From contig CBDETO010000005.1 of the NCBI GenBank assembly GCA_965243065.1, forward strand, positions 1,470,672 to 1,534,671: 64,000 nucleotides of DNA, written 5' to 3'. This DNA is from Bdellovibrionales bacterium. Lineage in GTDB: Bacteria > Bdellovibrionota > Bdellovibrionia > Bdellovibrionales > UBA1609. The notes under the pieces were generated by a model that searched no databases, had not been told where the DNA came from, and was given only the letters and a program-made list of their open reading frames with translations. Positions within the stretch are counted from its first letter, which is position 1; each line of letters opens with the position of its first letter. Position numbers and translations under genes: made by a program. Positions 25,565-34,877 of this stretch are shown here, in pieces.

Positions 25565-25924
25565 GTGGAAAGGTTCTATAAGAGAGTTCCAAAAGAGCAA
25601 AGGTTCTTAATTTTGTCAGAGCATTTCAATGGCGGTTTGAGTATATCTGAGTTATCTAGGAAGTATCAGATTCAACCAGCTACGATCTATAAATGGAGGG
25701 AGAAGATGAAAAAAGAAGAGGAGAAGCTTTCTTTTGATTCAAAGCCACTTTTGGAAGAGATAAAGCACTTAAAGCAAGAAAACAGTCTTTTAAAGGAAAC
25801 AGTGGCTCAACAGGCATTGGATATCACCACACTCAAGCAGTTCAATGAGTTTGTTAAAAAAAAGCGGAAGGAAGAAAGACGGAGTATGCAAAAGAGTTCC
25901 TTGAGGGTCAGAGGATCGAAGTGA
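25565..25924 (+). CDS. IS3-family transposase OrfA (copy 2)
   Basis: The translation is identical to the copy 1 OrfA (119 aa). Confidence 0.85.
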   Translation: MERFYKRVPKEQRFLILSEHFNGGLSISELSRKYQIQPATIYKWREKMKKEEEKLSFDSKPLLEEIKHLKQENSLLKETVAQQALDITTLKQFNEFVKKKRKEERRSMQKSSLRVRGSK

Positions 25925-26739
25925 GCAAGAAGAGGTTTTGTGAGTTGATTGATATTCACCCAAAGTCCATTCACAAGGGTAAAAAGGTTAAGGCCATTTC
26001 CACTGCCAAGAGGAAGCGAGAGGAAATGGATAAAGAAGTGTTGTCAGGGATTAAGGAAGTGATAAGGCACCGTAGTACTTATGGTTATAAGCGGGTGACA
26101 GCTTTATATAATAGGAAGAGGGTGAACAATGGTCTGAGCAGGTATAACAAGAAGCGTATTTATCGTGTCATGCGGGATAATGGTTTGTTGCTTCCGAAAT
26201 CAGGTATTTTGAAGAGGGAGCATAAGGGCACGGGTAAAGTGATGACGTTATATTCAAACACCAGGTGGTGTTCAGATTGTTTTGAGATACATTGTTTTAA
26301 TGGGGAGAAGGTGTATGTGTGTTTTGTTTTAGATAGTCATGACAGGGAGATAATAAGCTTTGTGTCTTCTTATCGTCCGTTGTTATCGGAAGATATTCAG
26401 AGTTTAATGGTTATGGCTGTAGAGCGTAGATTTTCAGGCGGAAGAGCTTCTAGGGAGATTGAGTTTTTATCGGATCGGGGGAGTATTTACAGGGCTTATA
26501 ATGTGCAGGCTTTAGCCAGGCGGTTGGGCTTAAAATCGTGTTTTACAAGAGCTTATAGTCCTGAAAGCAATGGTATGGCGGAAGCCTTTGTGAAGACATT
26601 AAAGAGGGATTATGTGTATGTGAGTGATTGTTATGATGCACAGACAACGATGAAACTATTGGAGCAGTGGATGATTATAATCACAGGGCACCGCATTCCA
26701 GCCTTGGAATGCGTTCTCCGGTGGAGTATATTAAATTAA
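25921..26739 (+). pseudogene. IS3-family transposase OrfB (copy 2), C-terminus frameshifted
   Basis: Identical to copy 1 up to ..KLLEQW. The 4-nt deletion then replaces IYDYNHRAPHSSLGMRSPVEYIKLTQSR with MIIITGHRIPALECVLRWSILN. Confidence 0.8.
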
Positions 26740-28585
26740 CACAATCGAGGTAGCCAAAAATGGGGGCCAATCCAAGATTTTTCACCTGATCAACAAGTTC
26801 TTAGTTCAAAAGTACGAAATACACTTAAACAACCAATAAACAAGTCAAATATCCTACCCCTAACCCCTGCTATATTAGATAGTACTTGGGAAGGAGCTAA
26901 TATAATGCGCCAGTATTTGTGTATAGATGACAATTTCTATGAAGGAATTTCTAAATTATCTAATGAAACAATAGAAAATTTTTCTGATTTGTCCGCTAAA
27001 CTCAAAACCTATGAACATAGTTTTCAAGGGTTAACAGAGGGTAGTCTAAGCAAAATTAAAGGGCATATAGCTGAAAGTCACATTGCTGAGCATTTTAAAG
27101 AGGCTGGAATAGCAGTTACTTGGCCGGAAGCTTCTAATCAAGAAGGGTTTGATCTATTATTTAATGGGAATCCCATACAATCAAAATTTATTGAAGACGC
27201 CAATAATCTTGTGGAACACTTTCAAAAATATCCAGATATACCTGTTGTTATTCCTTCTGATGCAAACAACATACCGGAAACAGCCTTTCATTTTGACCCT
27301 TCTGAAGGTATAGGTAATTTATTTAATTATCTTAAAGACAATCCTGAAAACGCAGTTATTGTGGATCACAAACTCTCTAATGTGAATTTAACAGAGAGTA
27401 TTGAACAAGGTTCAGACTTAGCCACAGGAACTGTTGATTTTAATTTTCCTTGGGTTACTGCTGCTTTTTCTAGCTTTCGTGAATTAAATCTTCTTATAAA
27501 TAATGACACGGATATTTCTTCATCTATTAAAAATATGGGGCTTGATGTAGCTGGTGTCGGTATAGGCGCAATGACCGGCGGAGAAATTGGAGCAATAGCA
27601 GGTTCTATTATCCCTGGCCCTGGAACAGTTATCGGAGCTGGTATGGGTGTTGTTATTGGTGCTATTATGGGTCGTAACATTACAAATGATATAAAACAAG
27701 AACCGCTAAAAGAAGCTATAAAAAAACTAAAGAAGTCAAGAAGAAGATTGAAATTAGAAGCGAAAAAAATACAAGAAAAATATAATCAACAGTTTAATAA
27801 ATTCAAAAAAGAGGAACAAAATAAAATAAATTGTAAAGCCAAAGAAAGCAAGGAAACTGTAAGAAGAAAAATAAGCACTCTTAGAAGATGGGCAGTGAAT
27901 CGAGAAAAGCTTTCAGATAGTTTAAAAACCAATCTGTTAAAAAATATTGAGGATCAAGGACAAGTAAAACATATTAAGAAAAAAGAAACACCAAGTTTGA
28001 TAGAATATTTATGGCTAGATCAAAAAATGATAATGCTAATAGCGTTTCAAAGAAATATAAACAAATATAAAAAGTATTTCATAGAAAGCTTTACACAAAA
28101 TAAATTTAAAGATAAGGGAGATTTGTTTCAGGAATTTTCTAAAAAAGGATTGTGTCAAAAATATATTTTATCAGAAATAAAAAAATCAGAAGAACAAAGA
28201 AAAACAAAGGAAAACTATTTGATGAATGAAATTAAAAAGGAACAAGCAGGTATATTGAAACTCCGTGCTAAATCTATGAAACGTCTCGCTTCTAAGGTGG
28301 AAAAATATATTGAACAGATAAAGAGAGATTTATTTCCATATATTAAGGACATAAAAAGCTATCATGATCTTTTAGAAAAAGAAACTAAAAAATTAGGAAG
28401 AAAGCCTGCCTAAGATAGCTATTCTATTAAAACAGATTTTTAATAAGACCTTTACTCATCAAAGGCATATTAAACATTATAACTTTTTAATCGATATTAA
28501 AATAAAGAAGTCAGATTAGTTTATTCAGATTACATATATAAAAATCTTTCATTGTCGACAGGGTATGAAAAATGATGCCTACCAA

Positions 28586-28610
28586 CTGTCTACTTTTCAG
28601 GGACGATCCA
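28586..28610 (+). repeat. Left copy of a 25-nt inverted repeat bracketing the three-gene cassette
   Basis: CTGTCTACTTTTCAGGGACGATCCA. The reverse complement of 30906-30930 is CTGTCCACTTTTCAGGGACGATCCA (24/25 identical). Confidence 0.85.
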
Positions 28611-28672
28611 TGAACCTACCATATAATCTAACTGTTACTTGTCTGTGATTGTTACCTAATTATCCAATTCCC

Positions 28673-29095
28673 CTATTTTATTCCATTTAACCTTGGAGTC
28701 CATTTAGAATCAGAAGCAAGCTTTTTTGCATAATTTATTTTTTCATCCACTTCTATATTTTCAGGTAAGTTGATATCAGCATGGTAAGGGTTATCTTTTA
28801 TAGGTGTTGCCTGAACTGTTCCACCATTTTTTCTCACATCTCTAGCTTCTATTTTTGCCCAGCCATAAAAAGATCGTTTTCTTCCTTCTGTTCGTGATCT
28901 TAACTCTGCATTTTTATCTTGAATTTGAGTAAGTATTTTTTTTGAGCAAAAACCAAAACGATCTACTGAAAGAGATCTGCTTTCTTTATAAAAGAAAATA
29001 TTAAAATCTATATTACCTCTGATAGCTCTCTTTACTTGTCCACTAGAAAAAACAGCTCTTCCAAGAAAATCATCATCGTGAATATTTTTATGCAT
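28673..29095 (-). CDS. Hypothetical protein (140 aa), last gene of the three-gene cassette
   Basis: The ORF overlaps the upstream gene by 8 nt (ATGCATAA). Conserved-looking segments are LSVDRFGF and FYGWAKIEARDVRKNGGTVQATPIKDNPYHADINLPE. I cannot assign a family. Confidence 0.5.
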   Translation of the reverse strand: MHKNIHDDDFLGRAVFSSGQVKRAIRGNIDFNIFFYKESRSLSVDRFGFCSKKILTQIQDKNAELRSRTEGRKRSFYGWAKIEARDVRKNGGTVQATPIKDNPYHADINLPENIEVDEKINYAKKLASDSKWTPRLNGIK

Positions 29096-29861
29096 ATTGA
29101 TATTTTGTGTCCGTAGTAGAATTATAAATTACATTCTGTATTTTAAAAGGAAGTAGATCCTTATCAGGAGTAACCACTAATGAGGTTTTTTTTGTAAAGT
29201 CTTCATTTAAAGAGTACTTTGTTTCTTTGTTGAGTTTTGCAAATGTTTTCCATAAAAGATCATAAGGGAAATCTTCAATATTATCACAACGAAATCGACT
29301 GTTTTTCCCATCTAGTGTGGAAAAGTATGCAACACTACCATTAGAATCACAAAGTATTAATATTCCTCTCCCTTTATAAGGATTACAATCAATAGCAATT
29401 TCTTGATTTTCTGTGGGATATATATAATACTCATAATTGGGAAATTTTTTATAGACGGCATTTAAAATTTTTTGAGCATTTTCCTCTGCTATCTCACTAA
29501 AACTTTCAAAGCCTTCTTCTTCACACTCTTTATGTAAATTATCTAAAGTTTCATTTAGATTTTTTAAAATCTCATTCTTCATAATAATAAGACCTTGTTC
29601 CACTTCAGCCTCAATCTGTTGTATTTTCTCTTTAATTGAAGAATTTACTCTTATAGAGAAAGTCGTGAATAATACATTGTAATTGGATAAAAGTTTTGTA
29701 GTAGTGTCTTTTAGAACCACACGGTATTGAGTATCCAAATAAGATAGTTCTTCCTTCCAAGATGAAACGGAATTATCAAACTTTTCCAATGAAAAAGGAA
29801 CAGTATAAGCTTTAGATTTATTTGAAATAGATGATTGTTTTTTCCAAAATTGCCAATTCAT
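29088..29861 (-). CDS. Hypothetical protein (257 aa), middle gene of the three-gene cassette
   Basis: The start overlaps the upstream stop (TAATG). It has a central coiled-coil-like stretch and a C-terminal beta-rich segment YYIYPTENQEIAIDCNPYKGRGILILCDSNGSVAYFSTLDG. No family assigned. Confidence 0.5.
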   Translation of the reverse strand: MNWQFWKKQSSISNKSKAYTVPFSLEKFDNSVSSWKEELSYLDTQYRVVLKDTTTKLLSNYNVLFTTFSIRVNSSIKEKIQQIEAEVEQGLIIMKNEILKNLNETLDNLHKECEEEGFESFSEIAEENAQKILNAVYKKFPNYEYYIYPTENQEIAIDCNPYKGRGILILCDSNGSVAYFSTLDGKNSRFRCDNIEDFPYDLLWKTFAKLNKETKYSLNEDFTKKTSLVVTPDKDLLPFKIQNVIYNSTTDTKYQYA

Positions 29862-30517
29862 TAGAAACCCTCTATAAACTGTTTAGATTTTTTATAATTC
29901 TCTTCCAACTCTCCAATAATATTTATTGTATTGTCAGTATAGCCACTTGGGTAATGAACATTTACTTTGAAAAATGGGACAAAGTCTTTTTCAGTTTCTT
30001 GAAGCTGGGTATTTTGCTTTACCCTTTCCACCTTTCTGGCTGTAACATTGAACTGCTTTCCCCTCACATTATAAGATAGATCAATACTACGTATTTCCCC
30101 TTTATTACTTTCAAAATTTAAATGAGCACTGTCCATATTAACTACTTTTTCAATAAAGGACTGATATCCTAAATCATCCCTTATAAAATCAAAATTTATA
30201 CCAATAGCCTTGTAATTAATATTAAATAACTGAACATACTTAGAGCATATATCTTTTAAAGTATTCAAATTGTTTAAATTATCTGATTCATTAATATTAG
30301 GGTTTGAAAACTGAAATAGTGTTTTATTAGGTTCACCTATTATATTAAATCCGTTGCTATAATAGATTTGACTCACAACAGGTGTATTAAAAGAATTGCT
30401 TTTCTTTTGAAAACTTTCTGGAATAACTTTTTGATTCACCAAAAACTCATGATTCACAGATGCCACATGATCTTGCGTCACTAAAACTACTGAACAATTT
30501 ATTAATATTAATTGCAT
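29861..30517 (-). CDS. Hypothetical protein (218 aa), first gene of the three-gene cassette
   Basis: Clean ORF with a 660-nt AT-rich non-coding region upstream. No motif recognised. Confidence 0.5.
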   Translation of the reverse strand: MQLILINCSVVLVTQDHVASVNHEFLVNQKVIPESFQKKSNSFNTPVVSQIYYSNGFNIIGEPNKTLFQFSNPNINESDNLNNLNTLKDICSKYVQLFNINYKAIGINFDFIRDDLGYQSFIEKVVNMDSAHLNFESNKGEIRSIDLSYNVRGKQFNVTARKVERVKQNTQLQETEKDFVPFFKVNVHYPSGYTDNTINIIGELEENYKKSKQFIEGF

Positions 30518-30804
30518 ACCTTAATTAAATCTACTGAAAATTATCTTTTTATTTTTTAACACAGAAAACTATTTAAACGGCATGTTGTAACTTTCAAGCA
30601 GATTAAGAATAATGTGATAGGTTTTCTTGATTCGTCAAGCCTAAAGTACTGAAAGCCGATTTAATTCCTGTTTTTTCTACCCTGATATATATTCCAAATC
30701 AGATGTCTGAAGATTCTTTTCAAACAATTTATAATAAAAAATCTCCTTTTTTATTATCGTCATAAGCTTAAGACTACTTAAACACAGATTTAAAGTAAAA
30801 TTGA

Positions 30805-30900
30805 CCACTTTCGTACTTTTTTAGAAATTGTTCGCTACTTTTCTCTGATTTTTCCACTTTTTAGAAAGTTTCCACTTATTTTAAAAACTACTAAAAAAGA
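30805..30900 (+). repeat. Degenerate copies of the 42-nt iteron-like repeat
   Basis: ..CCACTTTCGTACTTTTTTAGAAA / TTGTTCGCTACTTTTCTCTGATTTTTCCACTTTTTAGAAAG / TTTCCACTTATTTTAAAAAC.. aligns with the unit TTTCCGCCTACTTTCCGCT + ..TTTTTCC.ATTT.TCAGAAAC at 17441-17662. Confidence 0.6.
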
Positions 30901-30905
30901 CTGAT

Positions 30906-30930
30906 TGGATCGTCCCTGAAAAGTGGACAG
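30906..30930 (-). repeat. Right copy of the 25-nt inverted repeat bracketing the three-gene cassette
   Basis: TGGATCGTCCCTGAAAAGTGGACAG on the plus strand. See 28586-28610. Confidence 0.85.
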
Positions 30931-31000
30931 GGAAAAACGGGACAATTTACCTCCAGAGGTTTACCTGTTTTACTTTTAAATAAAGTAACTTTTTACAAAA

Positions 31001-31101
31001 TCTTTACGGGAAATTTATGGGATATGCTGGGTAGGAGAGGTGAGAAGCAATTAGCAACGGAAAGTAAGAGTGGATTTTTGTTAAACGGTTCCGTTATTTT
31101 T
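31001..31101 (+). repeat. Conserved element arm, copy c, truncated by an IS1595 end fragment
   Basis: TCTTTACGGGAAATTTATGGGATATGCTGGGTAGGAGAGGTGAGAAGCAATTAGCAACGGAAAGTAAGAGTGGATTTTTGTTAAACGGTTCCGTTATTTTTCA aligns with copies a and b. The alignment stops where IS-end-like sequence begins. Confidence 0.75.
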
Positions 31102-31156
31102 CATGTGATAACCATAGGTTAACTACCTTTTAAGTCAACTCAAGTTATCTTGAACC
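31097..31156 (+). mobile_element. Solo IS1595 end fragment (about 60 nt)
   Basis: TTTTCATGTGATAACCATAGGTTAACTACCTTTTAAGTCAACTCAAGTTATCTTGAACC parallels the IS right end TTTTCACAGTCATAACAATAAGTTAACTCCTATTAAAGTCAACTCAAATAGTCATGAACC (25235-25293). Confidence 0.65.
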
Positions 31157-31177
31157 AACAATTTATCCCCTACGATC

Positions 31178-33493
31178 TTATTGAAATTGGCGGTTTATCA
31201 AGAGCAATGTATGTAAGGTGTCTTCTCGATCTACCTGTACTTCCGATTCCCAACGGGCCGGATCCAGATGCCAGTGGCTAAAACGCATAGGAGCACTGAT
31301 GGGGTTGTTATCAGTAAAAACGGGTATCTCTCCGAAATGAAATAGATAAGTTATAAAAGCATACGCCCCTCTTTTATTATTAATGAGAAGAAGGTCATAA
31401 ATAAGTTTTTGTTCAAAAACATCCAATAACGGTTCCAGCTCTCTAGCCGTTAAGTATTGGGAAAAATCCCTATCCAGGTATTCCATTGCGTTTTCTTGGT
31501 AGTAAATGAAGAGAAAAATCTCAAATAAGTCTTTTATAGAAAGTTGCTCCTGGGCACTATAAAATTTACTAATGGTAGCTATATAGCTTTTTTTCTTTTT
31601 TTCATCTAAGGAAAGCGACTCTAAAAGCTTGGGAAATCCGGCAAACACAGTAGAAGGAAGTTGCAGTAAGTAATCCCAAATACAATCGGCGTGCACATAA
31701 TAGGTTGTACTTTTGCAACTTTGACTTTCTCGTAAAGTATCTAAAGTGATCTTCAAAGAAGAAGTAAAAAAAGAAAATAATTCCAAAATTTCTTCTTCCT
31801 GTAAGATTCCATCCCCGTTGGATCTGGATGTGAGGAAATCACCGTGTTTAAACATTTGAAAACCTAATGTTTGAAAGCGCGGCCACTGCATATCCTGGTA
31901 AATAGAAATGGCCACAGCGGTCCATTCTTTTATCATGGTATTCCACAGCTTCTGATCCACCTGTTTGTTTGCTCTTTTCGTATAAGAGGAGGTGATGAGT
32001 TTCATCAGCCAGGACTGCCAATTCAGATGACTCAATAAGGGGATAGGACCAGTTCTATCTGTATAAAAAGACAGCCTGTTATCTGATGTTACATTTATAT
32101 TTCTACTCAGCCATTTGTGAGGAGATCCAAATAAAGAAGAGGGTTTCTGTCCGGTTTGTATTTGTTGTTCCGTCCTCATCCAGGAATTTAAGTATTGCCG
32201 TAAAACAGTTAAATGCGATTTTTGGATCCGATCACTAAGACGACCGGAAGGGGATTCATATATTTCTTTTGTATCGGTTATAGTGAAAGTCATATCAGAA
32301 AAGCTCATCTGTAAATTGGCTTTTTGAAAGTCCACCTTATACTTACATACATTTTTATTTGCCAGGGGATGAAGTAAAAAACAAAATGTGGAGCGTAAGC
32401 TTAGGCGAAATACCGGTCGGGATAAATAAGGCAGAAACCATAATTGGCTAACCAGGGCATCAATGTCTGTTAAGAAAATATCTTTTTCTCCTGACTGTTT
32501 ATGCGCAAGCCGTACCAGATCTAAACCATAAGATATAAAGTACTGCGTATGTTGAATCACATTTACATTCAACCAACTTTGATTCTCCAAAAACCTTTTA
32601 TGGTAAAGCCAAAGAATGGTTAATTGGCCAAAAGATTGTAGGAGATCAGGCCACTCCGAACTTGGAATAATATTCTCGGGAGAGGAAAAGAAAATTTTTT
32701 TCCACTTTTTTATTAAGGACAAAGAGCGGTTCCAGTAAAGCAGGTTATCATTTGAAAAGCCTAATGTCTGTAAATGGGATGGTAAGTGCTCCAGAAGAGA
32801 TAAATCAGCAGACACAGAGAGCTTTGATAGCTGAGAACCTAAGCTAATTAAATGAGTGGTCATTACTTCCGTAGTCATAATAAATTGCTCCATAGAAACC
32901 AGCTTGTTATTCAAAATGGAAATAATTCCGGGGATAGTCCCCTTATTCATAGCTCTCATTCTTTTTCTAAAAATCGCCAGCATTTTTCGGAAAGTGGCTA
33001 TTTCTTTTTTGGTAAGCCTGTCTTGACGCCCTCCTATAAAGCCCGTCTTAAGTTGAAGAAAAGCTTTACTCATAGTTTCAGCTTTTTCTTTTCTAGCTCC
33101 CATATACTGCATAAAACGACGAAGCTCTGTTTGTGTGTAATAGCCGTGATTTTCTGTAGTAGTATGATTTAAAAACAACTGGATACTGTTATCCATACAG
33201 TCAAAAAACTCTTCTAGTGCACGAGGAGAAGATTGAGCAGAAAAATAATGAGAAATAAACTGGGTGTGATCTTTAAAACAAGTGCTTTCCAGGGAAACAG
33301 CAGATACGAACGCACAACGAAATACGACAAACAATAAAAATAAACTAAGCCAATTTGAGTTTGTCTTCTCTTTTTTTTTCCAAAGGGAAAAGAAGCTATG
33401 AAGGGCGCAAATTCTATGCTGGTTTGGCATAACAAACAAAAAAAAATTAGAAGGCATAACTAATGCCTCCAAAAATACGGCTTTTATTTGCAT
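31178..33493 (-). CDS. Large hypothetical protein (up to 771 aa; true start probably internal)
   Basis: Long uninterrupted ORF that overlaps the 3' end of the upstream OMP-like gene by 47 nt. An N-terminal hydrophobic segment WLSLFLLFVVFRCAFVSAVS may act as a signal/anchor. No motif recognised. Confidence 0.55.
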   Translation of the reverse strand: MQIKAVFLEALVMPSNFFLFVMPNQHRICALHSFFSLWKKKEKTNSNWLSLFLLFVVFRCAFVSAVSLESTCFKDHTQFISHYFSAQSSPRALEEFFDCMDNSIQLFLNHTTTENHGYYTQTELRRFMQYMGARKEKAETMSKAFLQLKTGFIGGRQDRLTKKEIATFRKMLAIFRKRMRAMNKGTIPGIISILNNKLVSMEQFIMTTEVMTTHLISLGSQLSKLSVSADLSLLEHLPSHLQTLGFSNDNLLYWNRSLSLIKKWKKIFFSSPENIIPSSEWPDLLQSFGQLTILWLYHKRFLENQSWLNVNVIQHTQYFISYGLDLVRLAHKQSGEKDIFLTDIDALVSQLWFLPYLSRPVFRLSLRSTFCFLLHPLANKNVCKYKVDFQKANLQMSFSDMTFTITDTKEIYESPSGRLSDRIQKSHLTVLRQYLNSWMRTEQQIQTGQKPSSLFGSPHKWLSRNINVTSDNRLSFYTDRTGPIPLLSHLNWQSWLMKLITSSYTKRANKQVDQKLWNTMIKEWTAVAISIYQDMQWPRFQTLGFQMFKHGDFLTSRSNGDGILQEEEILELFSFFTSSLKITLDTLRESQSCKSTTYYVHADCIWDYLLQLPSTVFAGFPKLLESLSLDEKKKKSYIATISKFYSAQEQLSIKDLFEIFLFIYYQENAMEYLDRDFSQYLTARELEPLLDVFEQKLIYDLLLINNKRGAYAFITYLFHFGEIPVFTDNNPISAPMRFSHWHLDPARWESEVQVDREDTLHTLLLINRQFQ

Positions 33494-34877
33494 ACATGTC
33501 TATATTTTTTTTTGTCTGTTCGATAGTGAACGGAAAATCGGAAAAGAGCAGATCGCCGGATACAAAAATAGAGAAGGCTTTTTTAAACATTAAAGAACCG
33601 TAAAAGGAGACGAGAAAATACTCATGCAACAAATGGTAGATAACCCGGGTTTTGAATTGAGCGGAATAAGTTTTATCAAAGGCTATACTATGGCTTAATC
33701 CGGCACTAACCGCCCGGGAGAATTGAAATAAATCTTCCCTAAAAATTTGCTTTTTTATATCAGGAAAAACTTTTGATGTAATATCCTTTTCCCCTTCCAT
33801 TTGGATTCGATGAGTGTAACCTATATGTAAAGTAGTTTCTTCTTCTTGATCTTTTATCTGCATCTCTCCTTTAGCGGAAAGATGCCATTCTTTCTGAGGT
33901 GGAAAAAAAAGCCATTTGGCTGTTCCCGGAGTATGTGTTTCAGGATGATTGTAAGTGATAGAAGTTTTAAGAAAGTAGTTCGTATTTCCTTTTATATCTG
34001 GAGTGAGTTCCTTAGTTTGAACAACAAAACCACCACTTACTAAATGGTGATGCAAAATCACCGGTTCCAAAGGTGTGTCCACCAGGTAACCTTCTTCGTG
34101 ACTACCGACGGGTTCTTTAGCTAAAGGGAGCTTGATCGGACTTTTTAATTTTATTTTATTCATAGGCTTATAAGCATAGGCGATATAGGTCCCTTTATAG
34201 GAAGCCCGTCCGCTAAAGGAGAGTTTTAAAAAATCCGTTAAAGGAGGATCTTGAGTTTTATATATTGGTACAATATTAGTGGAACCAATTTTCCCCGAAG
34301 GAGGGGAAATAAACCATGGATTTTTAGATACTAGTTCACCCTTCTTATTTTCAAAAGGAGGAGTAAAGTCAGGAATAAAAACAAAAGAACCAAAAAGACC
34401 TATTTGTCCATTTTCGTAGTTGAAATGTCTAAAAATCCCGGTTAAACCGGCCCATTTAGGGCGTAGAGCATCATCCGTATAAGAGGGTTGCCACAGTCCT
34501 CTATTCCAAAAGGAATCCGCCCAATCCCATTTTTCTTTTTTCCGACCAAAAATCCATATTCCCTCCGGTCGTTCAAACTGGACATTAAGCTCATAAGGAC
34601 GAAAATAATGATAATCTTCTGTCCAATTATAAGTATAATCCATTTTTATTTGAAATAAAAAACGATTAGAGAGAGGTTGTTGTGCTTTTAGTTCGGCACG
34701 AGACGCATACCGATTATGATCCTCGTTGAGAAAGCGCGTAACAGAACTATCTATAGTAAAATGGCTTTTTTGTCTCGTTAAGTCCTCCTCCACCGTCCAC
34801 GGAAAAGCCTGACTTTTTGTAGATAAAAAAAGGGATACGAAAAGACAAACAGAAAAAAACCAATGGAGCATAATCAT
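33447..34877 (-). CDS. Outer-membrane-like protein, paralog of 35167-36603
   Basis: Signal peptide MIMLHWFFSVCLFVSLFLSTKSQA and a C-terminal GGISYAF (terminal Phe). Shared blocks with the divergent neighbour: W.WADSFWNRGLWQP...D.L.PK.AGLTGIF and FIPDFTPPFE..KGELVSKNPWFISPP. Confidence 0.6.
   Translation of the reverse strand: MIMLHWFFSVCLFVSLFLSTKSQAFPWTVEEDLTRQKSHFTIDSSVTRFLNEDHNRYASRAELKAQQPLSNRFLFQIKMDYTYNWTEDYHYFRPYELNVQFERPEGIWIFGRKKEKWDWADSFWNRGLWQPSYTDDALRPKWAGLTGIFRHFNYENGQIGLFGSFVFIPDFTPPFENKKGELVSKNPWFISPPSGKIGSTNIVPIYKTQDPPLTDFLKLSFSGRASYKGTYIAYAYKPMNKIKLKSPIKLPLAKEPVGSHEEGYLVDTPLEPVILHHHLVSGGFVVQTKELTPDIKGNTNYFLKTSITYNHPETHTPGTAKWLFFPPQKEWHLSAKGEMQIKDQEEETTLHIGYTHRIQMEGEKDITSKVFPDIKKQIFREDLFQFSRAVSAGLSHSIAFDKTYSAQFKTRVIYHLLHEYFLVSFYGSLMFKKAFSIFVSGDLLFSDFPFTIEQTKKNIDMYANKSRIFGGISYAF

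Larger units (their letters stand above)
25518..26774 (+). mobile_element. IS3-family (IS2-group-like) insertion sequence, copy 2 (4-nt deletion in orfB)
   Basis: Same ends as copy 1. A 4-nt target duplication AGAT sits at 25514-25517 and 26775-26778. It is 4 nt shorter than copy 1 (GTGGATATATGATTAT versus GTGGATGATTAT near 26672). Confidence 0.9.
25368..28413 (+). pseudogene. Membrane-anchored protein with a PD-(D/E)xK-like N-domain, glycine-zipper segment and Lys-rich coiled-coil tail, split by IS3 copy 2
   Basis: The 5' piece MHYLVGGLFLFCSISFVRFIYLYY..IRSLRNVD ends at the IS (25517). Deleting the IS plus one AGAT copy joins it in frame, with no stop in the 42 intervening codons (checked codon by codon), to the 502-aa ORF starting at 26905. 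Motifs: HIAEHF..EGFDLLFNGNPIQSKF (E..D..QxK) and GLDVAGVGIGAMTGGEIGAIAGSIIPGPGTVIGAGMGVVIGAIMG. Confidence 0.6.

Noticed and set aside
27366-27680. ORF 27366-27680 (-) antisense to the glycine-zipper region
   Set aside because: GGN-rich coding sequence gives an open Pro/Ile-rich antisense frame. There are no independent start signals.
5768-31156. An integrase or recombinase gene for the tRNA-Pro island
   Set aside because: I went through every supplied ORF in the interval and none shows tyrosine-recombinase (R..HxxR..Y) or serine-recombinase features. The only recombination enzymes are DDE transposases of IS elements. Absence is reported as a finding rather than forcing a call.
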